A DNA stretch of 64,000 nt, from positions 14,501-78,500 of the forward strand of contig CAYXYK010000001.1 in assembly GCA_964469335.1 (NCBI GenBank). Reading direction: 5' to 3'. The translations under genes and the position numbers were made by a program. Position 1 is the stretch's first letter; each line of letters begins with the position of its first letter. Under the pieces are notes generated by a model. It was not told the origin of the DNA. It saw only the letters and a program-made list of their open reading frames with translations, and ran no database searches. This DNA is from an uncultured Candidatus Saccharibacteria bacterium (GTDB lineage: Bacteria; Patescibacteriota; Minisyncoccia; Phycocordibacterales; UBA6899). Shown one piece after another: positions 20,701-27,898 of this stretch.

Positions 20701-21190
20701 CAGTATACGAGGCATCCATTGTTTTGTAGGCGTGCTCCATATCCACCCAGCGACCCATACGCGGGACTATCGCCCTCCACTCTTTGTCATAGGTCATCAC
20801 CGAGTCGCGGGCCTTCTGGTTGAACGCCTCGATCCCGTATTTCTCGATATCGGTCTTATGCTTGAGTCCTAGTTCTTTCTCAATCAAGTTCTCGATCGGA
20901 AGTCCGTGGCAATCCCATCCCCACTCGCGGCGGACATAGCGGCCACGCATGGTCTGATAGCGCGGGATGAGGTCCTTGATAGTGCCTTGGAGGAGGTGCC
21001 CATGGTGCGGGAGCCCGGTCGCGAACGGAGGACCGTCGTAGAACACGTACGGGTCTTTCCCCTCATTCGCAATGAGTGTCTTTTCAAAAATGTGATTCGC
21101 CTTCCATGACGCGAGAATGCGTTCTTCGCGCTCAGGGAATGTCTCTTTTTTCTCAGCTTTGGCCTCGTTTTCTTCCATGGTACTCGTCAT
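17702..21190 (-). CDS. ileS: isoleucine--tRNA ligase (type 2) carrying an embedded histidine-phosphatase domain
   Basis: HIGH motif PFATGLPHHGHLL, CP1 editing domain, WAISRTRYWGAPLP, KMSKS as QKMSKKL, and a C-terminal anticodon-binding region. The ORF-track N-terminus (MSSISTR…) looks non-native. Most likely start is MTSTMEENE at 21190. Confidence 0.92.
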   Translation of the reverse strand: MTSTMEENEAKAEKKETFPEREERILASWKANHIFEKTLIANEGKDPYVFYDGPPFATGLPHHGHLLQGTIKDLIPRYQTMRGRYVRREWGWDCHGLPIENLIEKELGLKHKTDIEKYGIEAFNQKARDSVMTYDKEWRAIVPRMGRWVDMEHAYKTMDASYTESIWWAFKNLYDRKLIYEGYKSMHICPRCETTLAASEVAQGYKDVKDISVYVKFELVDEPKTYLIAWTTTPWTLPGNVAIAVNPDISYVKVEFADGEHKGNTYVMAKERMAHTFEKAGIPLDEKSYAVTEVPAKDLIGKVYKPVFDYYASDEKLENHENGWKVVPADFVTIESGTGIVHEAPAFGEVDMELAKKLKLPFIQHVSMDGTMKSEVKDFAGLYVKPKSDDDKERLSTDILVLKYLQEHGTFFAKENIVHSYPHCWRCDWPLLNYATSSWFVDVVKLKPRLIEENNEINWVPENIKGGRFGKWLEGARDWAISRTRYWGAPLPVWKCNKCGKVEAFGSVDELRGRTRGTNTYFVMRHGEAETNVRGILSYKKDDEFHLTEKGKTQVRNSTAKIKEKFDIIISSPLLRTKETAELAADAFGIPKKEIVYDERIAEVNTGDFSGCSIETYRAYFTSTLEKFDKPTPGGETLTEMKKRIGAFLYDIDQKHKGKKVLIVAHEYSVWLMNAVAKGATREEASAMRELEGEDYINNAEIRPLDFAPITHNDSYELDFHRPFVDRVSYHCSCELGKMERIPHVFDCWFESGSMPFAQFHYMGDERTPEGKMFVKNFPADFIAEAVDQTRGWFYTMLILSVALFDRSAFKSVITTGLILAEDGQKMSKKLKNYPDPLELAAKFGADALRFYMINSPVVRGEELRFSMMGVDEVFKKINLRVDNVRSFFDTYSEGHTISREAPKSSNILDRYILARWYETHAEVTHHLDTHELDKAARPVMPFLDDLSTWYLRRSRDRFKSADEADALSARTTTGWVLFQFSRLIAPLMPFLAEDLYLRLPIEGKKESVHLESWPDIGVAASSILSDMEETRRVVTLALEARAKAGIKVRQPLAYLEAPKLSKELAEIVADEVNVKEIREGKEVKLDTTITPELKEEGDLRDLIRTVQDLRKKADLRPSDRVTLTVTKDHEAVARKFESELLSAVGAASYSVGDMLSVSKVS
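19050..19650 (-). other. histidine phosphatase (PGAM/SixA-like) domain inserted between the KCNKCGKV zinc-knuckle segment and the HRPFVD…CWFESG segment of IleRS
   Basis: RHG motif (YFVMRHGEAETN), second Arg (SSPLLRTKETAE) and distal His (VLIVAHEYS). About 200 aa absent from canonical IleRS at this loop. Confidence 0.7.
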
Positions 21191-21305
21191 ACTATCGGTT
21201 TTAGCGTAATGATGCAAAATGACATGAAAATCGCGCACCCCGAAAGGTGCGCGATGCTCTTGGATTTCTCCCTTGTTATTGAAACTGCCTACGGCAGGCG
21301 TGCCG

Positions 21306-21620
21306 TCAGTGCTGCTGACGCTTGCGGAAGACGAGCCTCCGATCTTCCGCCAGCTCGACGGTGGTCCCCTCGAGCTCGGGATGCGCGTCGAGATCGACGA
21401 CAATCTTGACGCCGTCCTGGTCGAGGATGATCAGGTCATCTTCCTTGTGGCACTTGCAGGGACGCCAGAGCGGGTGAGCACCATGAAGGGTACTCTCCGT
21501 GCACAGGCGAACCGTGCTCGGGGGAACACCCCCTTGGTGCTCGGTCAGCGCCCTCATCAGGAAGGCGAACGCTTCGGACGTGATCTCGACGGCCTTTTGG
21601 CCCAATTCTTGTAGCGGCAT
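21306..21620 (-). CDS. hypothetical small Cys/His-containing protein within a GC-rich segment (strand assignment uncertain)
   Basis: 104-aa ORF with high GC3. A fully overlapping plus-strand ORF (21273..21614) is equally long. No recognisable family. Confidence 0.25.
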   Translation of the reverse strand: MPLQELGQKAVEITSEAFAFLMRALTEHQGGVPPSTVRLCTESTLHGAHPLWRPCKCHKEDDLIILDQDGVKIVVDLDAHPELEGTTVELAEDRRLVFRKRQQH

Positions 21621-21733
21621 TTGGTATGCACTCCGTTTTCTGTAGGTTGATTGAAAAGAACTTGCCTACCCCTTTATTTTGAGGGGCAGATTTATTCTAT
21701 GCCTGATTCAGAAAAAGAAAAGGGGGGCTGCAA

Positions 21734-21997
21734 TTATTGCAGCAGCTTGGCGTACACACTGTCATTCCATGTCTTCACCCCCTCAATAGCGATGATATCC
21801 TCCTTGAGTTGATGCGCTTCGTTGTTGAGCTCTTTCATCCTGAGGTTATGTGCTTTTTCTTCGACATAGAGCTGATAGCCGTGATAACGATAGAAGAAAC
21901 CAACGATGAGCATGTTGGCAATGAGCGCCATCCCCATCAATATGGTGAGCCCATCGATTTTGATTATTTCCTTGCGTTGGTATTCGCTCATGTTCAT
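21734..21997 (-). CDS. FtsB/DivIC-like septum-formation initiator (TM + coiled coil)
   Basis: 87 aa: one TM helix (LTILMGMALIANMLIVGFFY) followed by a heptad-rich coiled coil. Start overlaps the stop of the upstream gene. Confidence 0.5.
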   Translation of the reverse strand: MNMSEYQRKEIIKIDGLTILMGMALIANMLIVGFFYRYHGYQLYVEEKAHNLRMKELNNEAHQLKEDIIAIEGVKTWNDSVYAKLLQ

Positions 21998-22263
21998 TTC
22001 GTGTTACTTCCTGGGGTTGTGGTTGATCTTGCGGCGACGTCAGCGCGGAAGGCGACAAGGCGTTCGATATCGCGTGATACCTCATGCTCAGATGCTGTTT
22101 GTTCTTTTCTTAGCTCAAGCATCCCGAGATAATGCCAAATGAATGACACCAGCGATACGATGAACATGGTGCCGAGCACGATGCTCCACACTCTCCCCAT
22201 TGGTGTCTCTGGCACCGATTCATCTGCTTGCCTATTGTTCGTTTCTGCTTCCATTTTGTACAT
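21994..22263 (-). CDS. FtsL-like small membrane coiled-coil protein
   Basis: 89 aa: TM helix (WSIVLGTMFIVSLVSFIWHYL) plus coiled coil. Start overlaps the argS stop by 1 nt. Confidence 0.45.
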   Translation of the reverse strand: MYKMEAETNNRQADESVPETPMGRVWSIVLGTMFIVSLVSFIWHYLGMLELRKEQTASEHEVSRDIERLVAFRADVAARSTTTPGSNTK

Positions 22264-23990
22264 TACATTCTATCGGGAGCAGGAATCGCAAGCAACCCAA
22301 GTCCACTCTTCATAATGTGAGATGTCACTTGTACAAGTGCGAGCTTGTACGGCTCATCGACAGCCCCGTCGAGAACCATGGTGCTCCCATAGAATGCATT
22401 GAACTCACGAGCAAGTTCTATGAGATACGTGGCGACATGATGTGATTCGCGCTCACGCATCGCGCGCTCAACGATCTCCGGATAACGAAGAATGTATCGA
22501 TGCAGCGGAATGATTTCACCTTCCGGAATCAGTTCGAGATTCGCTTTCTTTCCTTCCGCCTTCGCGATGAGTGAGCGGGTACGCGCATAGGTATACTGTA
22601 GGTATGGCCCTGAATCTCCCTCAAACGACAGAGACTGCTCGAAGTCAAAGATAATATCCTTCCCTGCCGATTGGCGTAGTATCGAGTATTTGATCGCGCC
22701 GATAGCGACCTGTTCTGCGATCGAATGTTTCTCTTCATTGCTGAGTTTATCGCTGGTAATCTTGGTGAATGCCTTTGTCTTTGTTTCTTCGATAAGTGAC
22801 TCAGCGGTGATCACGTCTCCCGTTCGAGATGACATCTTACCACTCGGCAACCTGAGCATGCCGTGGGAGTAATGCTCGGTCTTAGCAGCTAGTTCAGGGA
22901 ATACCTTCCCCATCGCATCGAGTAAGACTTTGAAATAATCGTTTACCTCATTGCCGGTGATGATGATCGAAACATCGTATGGATAGGTGTCGTATTTGAT
23001 CTTCGATAGTCCCAGTTCTTTCGCTTCATAGGTCGGGAGTCCCTCTTTGTTTATAAACACGCGGGTATGCAGCCCTTTCGTCTCGTCTCCTTTGTAAACA
23101 ATAGCTCCGTCGCTCGTTTCGAATATCGCAGGTGTATTTTTTTCTACGACTTCTTTTCCGAACACACCGGTATCCGACTCAAAGAAATAGAAGTCGAACG
23201 CTTTGCCGTCACCATGGTTCGTCCCTAGGCGCTTATAGACTGTCTCGAGGTACTCAAGACTCCATGAACGACCGATATCGTAACAACGATTTACCTCGCC
23301 ATCGGACCTGTCATATATTTTTTTATTGACCGCAACGATCTCTTGCTTTGCTGCTTCATCAGTCTTGAGCGCAGTAGCTCCGACAACATATGACTGTGCG
23401 AGAAATGCGATCTTTTCTGCATGTGACAACTCCCCTTCCGGCAGTCTTGCTTTGAGCATCACCCATACAGGGCAAGCGATCTGCATGCCGACATCCCCCT
23501 GGTAACAGGCGCGCATGGTTTCTGCGCCACTTGCTTCAATGAGACGTGAGACTGACTCCCCAACGGCATTGCTCATCAGGTGTCCGATATGGAATTCCTT
23601 GAACGGATTCGGGTCGGTGTATTCAACAATGACTTTTTTACCCCTTAGACTGTCGTTCTTGCCGAAGTCGTCACCCGAAGCGATCGCCTCCTTGAGCGCA
23701 TGCACAAAATATTGTCTCGAGAGTTTGAAATTGATGAAACCTGGACCTGCAATCTCGACGGTGAGGATATTCGGATCTTCCTTTGCGGCAATTCGTGCAA
23801 CCACTTCCTCAGCAAGTTCGCGCGGATTCTTGCCGATGCGTTTTGCTCCCACCATTGCCACATTGGTCGAAAAATCACCATGAGAGAGATCAGCAGGGCG
23901 CTCTACCGAAAAGAAAATATCCGGCGGAACCAGCCCGTCAATGCTCTTTTGGATGAGGTCTACGAGTCTGTCTTTCATCGGCTGAGTCAT
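22263..23990 (-). CDS. argS: arginine--tRNA ligase
   Basis: N-terminal Arg_tRNA_synt_N, HIGH-like FHIGHLMS and a C-terminal DALR anticodon-binding domain. Confidence 0.95.
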   Translation of the reverse strand: MTQPMKDRLVDLIQKSIDGLVPPDIFFSVERPADLSHGDFSTNVAMVGAKRIGKNPRELAEEVVARIAAKEDPNILTVEIAGPGFINFKLSRQYFVHALKEAIASGDDFGKNDSLRGKKVIVEYTDPNPFKEFHIGHLMSNAVGESVSRLIEASGAETMRACYQGDVGMQIACPVWVMLKARLPEGELSHAEKIAFLAQSYVVGATALKTDEAAKQEIVAVNKKIYDRSDGEVNRCYDIGRSWSLEYLETVYKRLGTNHGDGKAFDFYFFESDTGVFGKEVVEKNTPAIFETSDGAIVYKGDETKGLHTRVFINKEGLPTYEAKELGLSKIKYDTYPYDVSIIITGNEVNDYFKVLLDAMGKVFPELAAKTEHYSHGMLRLPSGKMSSRTGDVITAESLIEETKTKAFTKITSDKLSNEEKHSIAEQVAIGAIKYSILRQSAGKDIIFDFEQSLSFEGDSGPYLQYTYARTRSLIAKAEGKKANLELIPEGEIIPLHRYILRYPEIVERAMRERESHHVATYLIELAREFNAFYGSTMVLDGAVDEPYKLALVQVTSHIMKSGLGLLAIPAPDRM

Positions 23991-24050
23991 GGACGTATCC
24001 TAGCAAATACACACAGAATTGCCGAGTTTTCAACCATACTTAAAGGAAAT

Positions 24051-24587
24051 CTAGGACTTCCCCTTCCACAGTCCGAGCACGAGCATGATCATATCAAGCG
24101 CTTCGGTCATCTTGGTAAGGTCACCCCCGTTCACGACCAGATGATCGGTAACAACGATCGGCCCGCCTCGCTCCAAACGCAAGATCTGCATTGCATCACG
24201 AAAGAACTCCGAAAAGATGTTCCGTACCGGCAAATGGATGGTTATTGTATGGAGTCGCGACCCGTAGCGTCGTTTCAATACCTCGTAGTCAGCAGAATTC
24301 TCCAAGCCTTCGACGAGAATATTCTCATTCATATCGTTCGAGTCGATCATCCGAATGACCTCGTTGGCATAGTGATCCTCTCCATGCATCCTCCTCAATT
24401 CCTCGCGCACCATTCTTTCATTCGCATATCCCGCCGCGACGCCACGACGAAGCAGTTCATCCTGTATCACGTTTCCAAAACTGACTTTCGGGAGATGAAA
24501 GACCGCCATCAGATATCCGAGTGCTTCGACCTTTCCCGATCGAGGAACACCGAGTATCGCGATGACATTCTTCTTTTCCATGTTCAT
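24051..24587 (-). CDS. UPF0200-like P-loop kinase paralog with degenerate Walker A (probable pseudokinase)
   Basis: Collinear with the upstream paralog (HGEDHYANEVIRMID, VVTDHLVVNGGDL), but its P-loop reads GVPRSGKV instead of GMPGSGKT. Confidence 0.7.
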   Translation of the reverse strand: MNMEKKNVIAILGVPRSGKVEALGYLMAVFHLPKVSFGNVIQDELLRRGVAAGYANERMVREELRRMHGEDHYANEVIRMIDSNDMNENILVEGLENSADYEVLKRRYGSRLHTITIHLPVRNIFSEFFRDAMQILRLERGGPIVVTDHLVVNGGDLTKMTEALDMIMLVLGLWKGKS

Positions 24588-25156
24588 TACAGGCTTTTGG
24601 GGAGGTCAAGCTCCTTCATGATCGCATCAAGCCTCTCGGTCATCTCTGATAGCGTACCTTCATTCTGAACGAGGAAATCCGCGACTGCGATCGGTCCTCC
24701 TTGTTCAAGGCGAACGATCTGTGATGCGTCACGATGCTCTGCTTCTTCTTTCGTGAGCGGCCGGACCGGTCTGGTCGTCAGGCGATGATGACGGAGTGTC
24801 GGAGAAGCATAGATCGCGACGGTATGGAGCCTGTCGCCAAAGTGACGCTTGAGCACTTGGAATTCGGTCCAACTATAGAGGCTCTCGACGAGGATATTCT
24901 CGCCTTCCTCGCTTTGGTCGATCATCCTTATGATCTCATTCGCATAGTAGTCCTCGCCGTGGATCTCGCGGAGCTCTTCACGCACGCTACGCTCGTTCGC
25001 CGCGTTGATGGGAAGCCCTCGACGCTGCATCTCGTCGAAAGTGACCTTGCCGAAGTATACCTTCGGGAGATGATAGACCGCGATGAGATATTCGATGGCC
25101 TCGGTCTTCCCTGACCCGGGCATCCCCAAGATTGCGATGACATGTTTCTTTTCCAT
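24587..25156 (-). CDS. UPF0200-like (archaeal-type, dephospho-CoA-kinase-like) P-loop nucleotide kinase
   Basis: Walker A ILGMPGSGKT, VAIYASPTLRHHRL and ADFLVQNEGTLSEM, matching my recollection of the UPF0200 family signature. Confidence 0.7.
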   Translation of the reverse strand: MEKKHVIAILGMPGSGKTEAIEYLIAVYHLPKVYFGKVTFDEMQRRGLPINAANERSVREELREIHGEDYYANEIIRMIDQSEEGENILVESLYSWTEFQVLKRHFGDRLHTVAIYASPTLRHHRLTTRPVRPLTKEEAEHRDASQIVRLEQGGPIAVADFLVQNEGTLSEMTERLDAIMKELDLPKSL

Positions 25157-25243
25157 ATCGCCATCATACAGGGAGAAACAGAAAAAATAAAAAGTACTCC
25201 GTGGTAAAGAAAGGCGGCGAGGGTTACCCCTCGCCGCACGGTA

Positions 25244-26350
25244 CTAGTCCGTTTTGAAATGCTTCGACAGTCTTGCGCCGGACTGTGCTCGGTAATTCGA
25301 CGTACCGAGTAGGTCATAGTGCACATCAGGCACCTCGCACATCCGTTCAAGCCGAAAACGCGACAAAGGCTGTCCATGGCGGAAACACAGACGACGTTCG
25401 TTGGAACGAACTTCGAGCGTGATGGTCCGCCCGCGCCCCTCGCCAAGCGCACCGTAACCCCAGCCGGGATCGATGTACCCGGCGTAATGGGAACGGAAGT
25501 CACCGCTTCGCGAGTCGAGGTCCACCGCCTCACAGGCGTATCCCGGTGGGATGCGAAGAGTCTCCCAGGTCGAGAGGATGTAGAAACGATCACGCTCCGC
25601 CTCGAAGACACCCTTCCTGACCCGAACTTCGTCGAAGAAATCCCGCCAATCGACACTGCCGGTCGCCGACCCGAAGTCGAACACCTCCTGCGTTCGCTTC
25701 GCCGCATAACCCGCAACTTCGCTTTCAAGGTCGATCGAGAGGATGAGCGACCCGTCGTGATCGTTCGCGATCATCTTGCTGTAGGCGACCGGATCGCCGT
25801 TCGGATAGCAGACGAAGGGATTCACTTCGGTATACGCGAGCTCCATTTCGAGCTCTGAGAGCCGCGTGTCACGGTTGAAGAATCGCACCTGAGAGACAGC
25901 GAGGCCGGGCGGCATCAAGACAGGATAAGAGTTCGGGTTGACGATCGCCCACGCCTTGCCGGAGTACCCAGAAGGTGTGAGTGCGTCGAACCGCGAAACG
26001 CCGTCCGCAACGATGCGGACATGGACATCGTTCCGCCCTGTACTCGACTTTGGATTCGCGAACGCGTAGATCGAAGGCGGAAGTGCGAACTCCTCCTCAA
26101 GCGGGATGAGATAGGTCTCTCCCACCGTGAGTGGATTGTCGATGCTGTACGGACGCGCACCGAGCTCCTTCGCGAGCGGGAAGACCGCTTCGCCCTGCTT
26201 CGGCAGGAATGATCCTTTGATGCGATAGCACTCGCCGCCGAGATGCACATCGAGGGATGCGGGGCTCGGTGCTCCGCGAACATTCCTGATGAAACCGTTT
26301 TTCACGAGTTCGCCGATCAACCGATCGGGGAGCGCGCCGTTTTGTACCAT
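25244..26350 (-). CDS. dcd: 2'-deoxycytidine 5'-triphosphate deaminase, long form with a tandem dUTPase-like fold (DCD family)
   Basis: N-terminus collinear with Dcd (LPDRLIGELVKNG…SLDVHLG), two copies of the IDPGW-type core (GYSGKAWAIVNP and AGYIDPGWGYG), 368 aa. Local GC looks about 10 points above the surroundings. Confidence 0.75.
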   Translation of the reverse strand: MVQNGALPDRLIGELVKNGFIRNVRGAPSPASLDVHLGGECYRIKGSFLPKQGEAVFPLAKELGARPYSIDNPLTVGETYLIPLEEEFALPPSIYAFANPKSSTGRNDVHVRIVADGVSRFDALTPSGYSGKAWAIVNPNSYPVLMPPGLAVSQVRFFNRDTRLSELEMELAYTEVNPFVCYPNGDPVAYSKMIANDHDGSLILSIDLESEVAGYAAKRTQEVFDFGSATGSVDWRDFFDEVRVRKGVFEAERDRFYILSTWETLRIPPGYACEAVDLDSRSGDFRSHYAGYIDPGWGYGALGEGRGRTITLEVRSNERRLCFRHGQPLSRFRLERMCEVPDVHYDLLGTSNYRAQSGARLSKHFKTD

Positions 26351-26414
26351 GATGTAACCTCCATGATGGATGTTGAAATTGAGAAGATCCTCTCACGTAG
26401 TCCTATCATGTGAC

Positions 26415-26463
26415 CACACAAAAGAAAAGCCGCTTCACTTGAAGCGGCTTTTCTTTTGTGTGG
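26415..26463. terminator. strong terminator hairpin (23-bp perfect inverted repeat) downstream of rplK
   Basis: cacacaaaagaaaagccgcttca-ct-tgaagcggcttttcttttgtgtg. Confidence 0.7.
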
Positions 26464-26468
26464 AGTAT

Positions 26469-26894
26469 TTATTCCTTAACAGAAATACCCATCGACCTTG
26501 CGGTTCCGGCGACGATCTTCATGGCTGCTTCTATTGAAGCGGCATTGAGGTCCGGCATCTTCTTCTCAGCGATTGCACGGACTTGTTCCTGTGTTAGCTC
26601 ACCCGCCTTCTGAGTGCCTGGTTTGTTCGATCCCTTATCCTTACCCATCGCCTTCAAGATGAGGCGGGAGACTGGAGAGACCTTGGTAATGAAAGTGTAG
26701 CTTCGATCATCATAGACCGAGATCTCTACCGGAATGATCTCGCCCATCTGCGTTGCGGTTGCTGCATTGAACTTGGTGACGAAGTCACCGATGTTGATAC
26801 CAGCCTGACCGAGTGCGGGGCCTACCGGAGGAGCCGGAGTTGCCTTACCGCCCGCGATCTGGAGTTTCAGTTTCTTTGTAATGTTTTTTGCCAT
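26469..26894 (-). CDS. rplK: 50S ribosomal protein L11
   Basis: Full-length L11 collinearity ([14 protein letters not shown]…). Confidence 0.97.
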   Translation of the reverse strand: MAKNITKKLKLQIAGGKATPAPPVGPALGQAGINIGDFVTKFNAATATQMGEIIPVEISVYDDRSYTFITKVSPVSRLILKAMGKDKGSNKPGTQKAGELTQEQVRAIAEKKMPDLNAASIEAAMKIVAGTARSMGISVKE

Positions 26895-26999
26895 ATGGAT
26901 CTATTTTATTTGTGAACTGAGAAGCGAGAAGCCCTATCAAGTAGGCACTTTTCAGGTGCTCTCGATACTACTGAATATTGTGCTATTTAGCAAGAACCA

Positions 27000-27569
27000 T
27001 CAGATCTTCTTGATCTGGAGGAAGTCGAGTTCGACAGGAGTCTCACGCCCGAACATTGGGACCATGACTTTCACGCGACCGCGCTCTTCGTCGACTTCTC
27101 CAACACGGCCTTCGAGCTCTTTGAACGGTCCGTCGGTGATGATGACCGATTCGCCGACCGTAAGATCAATCGTGTGCTTTACCGTCTTCGATCCCATCCG
27201 ACCGAACAGACTGTCGATCTCTTTCTGGTCGAGAGGAACCGGCACGACACCTGCCCCAACGAAGCCGGTAACACGAGGAGTGTTGCGGACCACATACCAA
27301 GAATCCGGATCATAGATCATATTCACAAGCACATAGCCTGGATAGATCTCTTCCTCGACTTCGGCGCGCTTACCTCCCTTCATTTTTATCTTCTTCTCTT
27401 TAGGAACAACGACTTCGAAGATCTTATCTTCCATGCCGAGCGACTCGATACGTTGCTTGAGATTGCGGACGACCGCGTTCTCATAACCGGAGTACGTGTG
27501 GATCGCGTACCAGAAGCGGCCCGGCTGCGCAGAGAGAAGACCTGAAGTTTCTACTGTTTTTTCATCCAT
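27000..27569 (-). CDS. nusG: transcription termination/antitermination factor NusG
   Basis: NGN domain (WYAIHTYSGYENAV) and a C-terminal KOW (GESVIITDGPFKELEGRVGEVD). Confidence 0.95.
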   Translation of the reverse strand: MDEKTVETSGLLSAQPGRFWYAIHTYSGYENAVVRNLKQRIESLGMEDKIFEVVVPKEKKIKMKGGKRAEVEEEIYPGYVLVNMIYDPDSWYVVRNTPRVTGFVGAGVVPVPLDQKEIDSLFGRMGSKTVKHTIDLTVGESVIITDGPFKELEGRVGEVDEERGRVKVMVPMFGRETPVELDFLQIKKI

Positions 27570-27590
27570 GGTGATTAATATTACGGATGA

Positions 27591-27767
27591 TTAAATGAAA
27601 TGCTTGAGCCCAAGACTGAACAGGAAGTCGAGCAGGCCGAGGAATAGTCCCGTACCGATCGAGATCGACAGTACGATGATCGTGTAATTGATCGTCTGTG
27701 TGCGGTTCGGCCAACTCACGTGGCGAAGTTCCCCTCTCGTGTCTCTCAAATAGTCGATGAATCCCAT
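27591..27767 (-). CDS. secE: preprotein translocase subunit SecE (58 aa, below the ORF-track length cutoff)
   Basis: Manual translation of the minus strand gives MGFIDYLRDTRGELRHVSWPNRTQTINYTIIVLSISIGTGLFLGLLDFLFSLGLKHFI, a single-TM SecE fold in the canonical secE-nusG-rplK order. The overlapping 100-aa track ORF 27562..27864 is out of frame. Confidence 0.7.
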   Translation of the reverse strand: MGFIDYLRDTRGELRHVSWPNRTQTINYTIIVLSISIGTGLFLGLLDFLFSLGLKHFI

Positions 27768-27801
27768 AAGTGTTTCTGTGATCTGTTAATCTTTCCCTAG
27801 G

Positions 27802-27826
27802 AAAAAACGCCCGCAGGCGTTTTTTC
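27802..27826. terminator. terminator hairpin
   Basis: aaaaaacgcc-cgca-ggcgttttttc. Confidence 0.5.
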
Positions 27827-27898
27827 AGTTGAGTTGAGTATACTCTTTTCTCCCCCGTCGTCAAGCTGGGATTATCCCTAAAATACCCTTATTTCAGG

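Noticed and set aside
21273-21614. Reading the plus-strand ORF here as HypC/HupF, because of the EIDDNL segment.
   Set aside because: It has no MC(L/I)A(I/V)P N-terminus with Cys2 and no conserved C-terminal VLVHVGFA-type block. The resemblance is limited to one short stretch, and strand and coding status stay unresolved.
24928-25728. 266-aa minus-strand ORF overlapping both the dcd gene and the upstream kinase gene.
   Set aside because: It is an alternate-frame ORF in GC-rich DNA with an Arg/Ser-rich nonsense-like translation. It conflicts with two well-supported CDSs.
25244-26350. Reading the N-terminal ~200 aa of the long dCTP deaminase as a fused nucleotide-kinase domain, as in kinase-dCTP-deaminase defence proteins.
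   Set aside because: The N-terminus is itself collinear with Dcd/dUTPase (LPDRLIGELVKNG…SLDVHLG…), and the protein looks like a tandem duplication of the dUTPase fold. No P-loop is present.
27562-27864. 100-aa minus-strand ORF upstream of nusG.
   Set aside because: It is out of frame with, and fully overlaps, the manually identified 58-aa SecE. Its translation has no membrane segment or motif. SecE in the other frame fits the conserved secE-nusG order.
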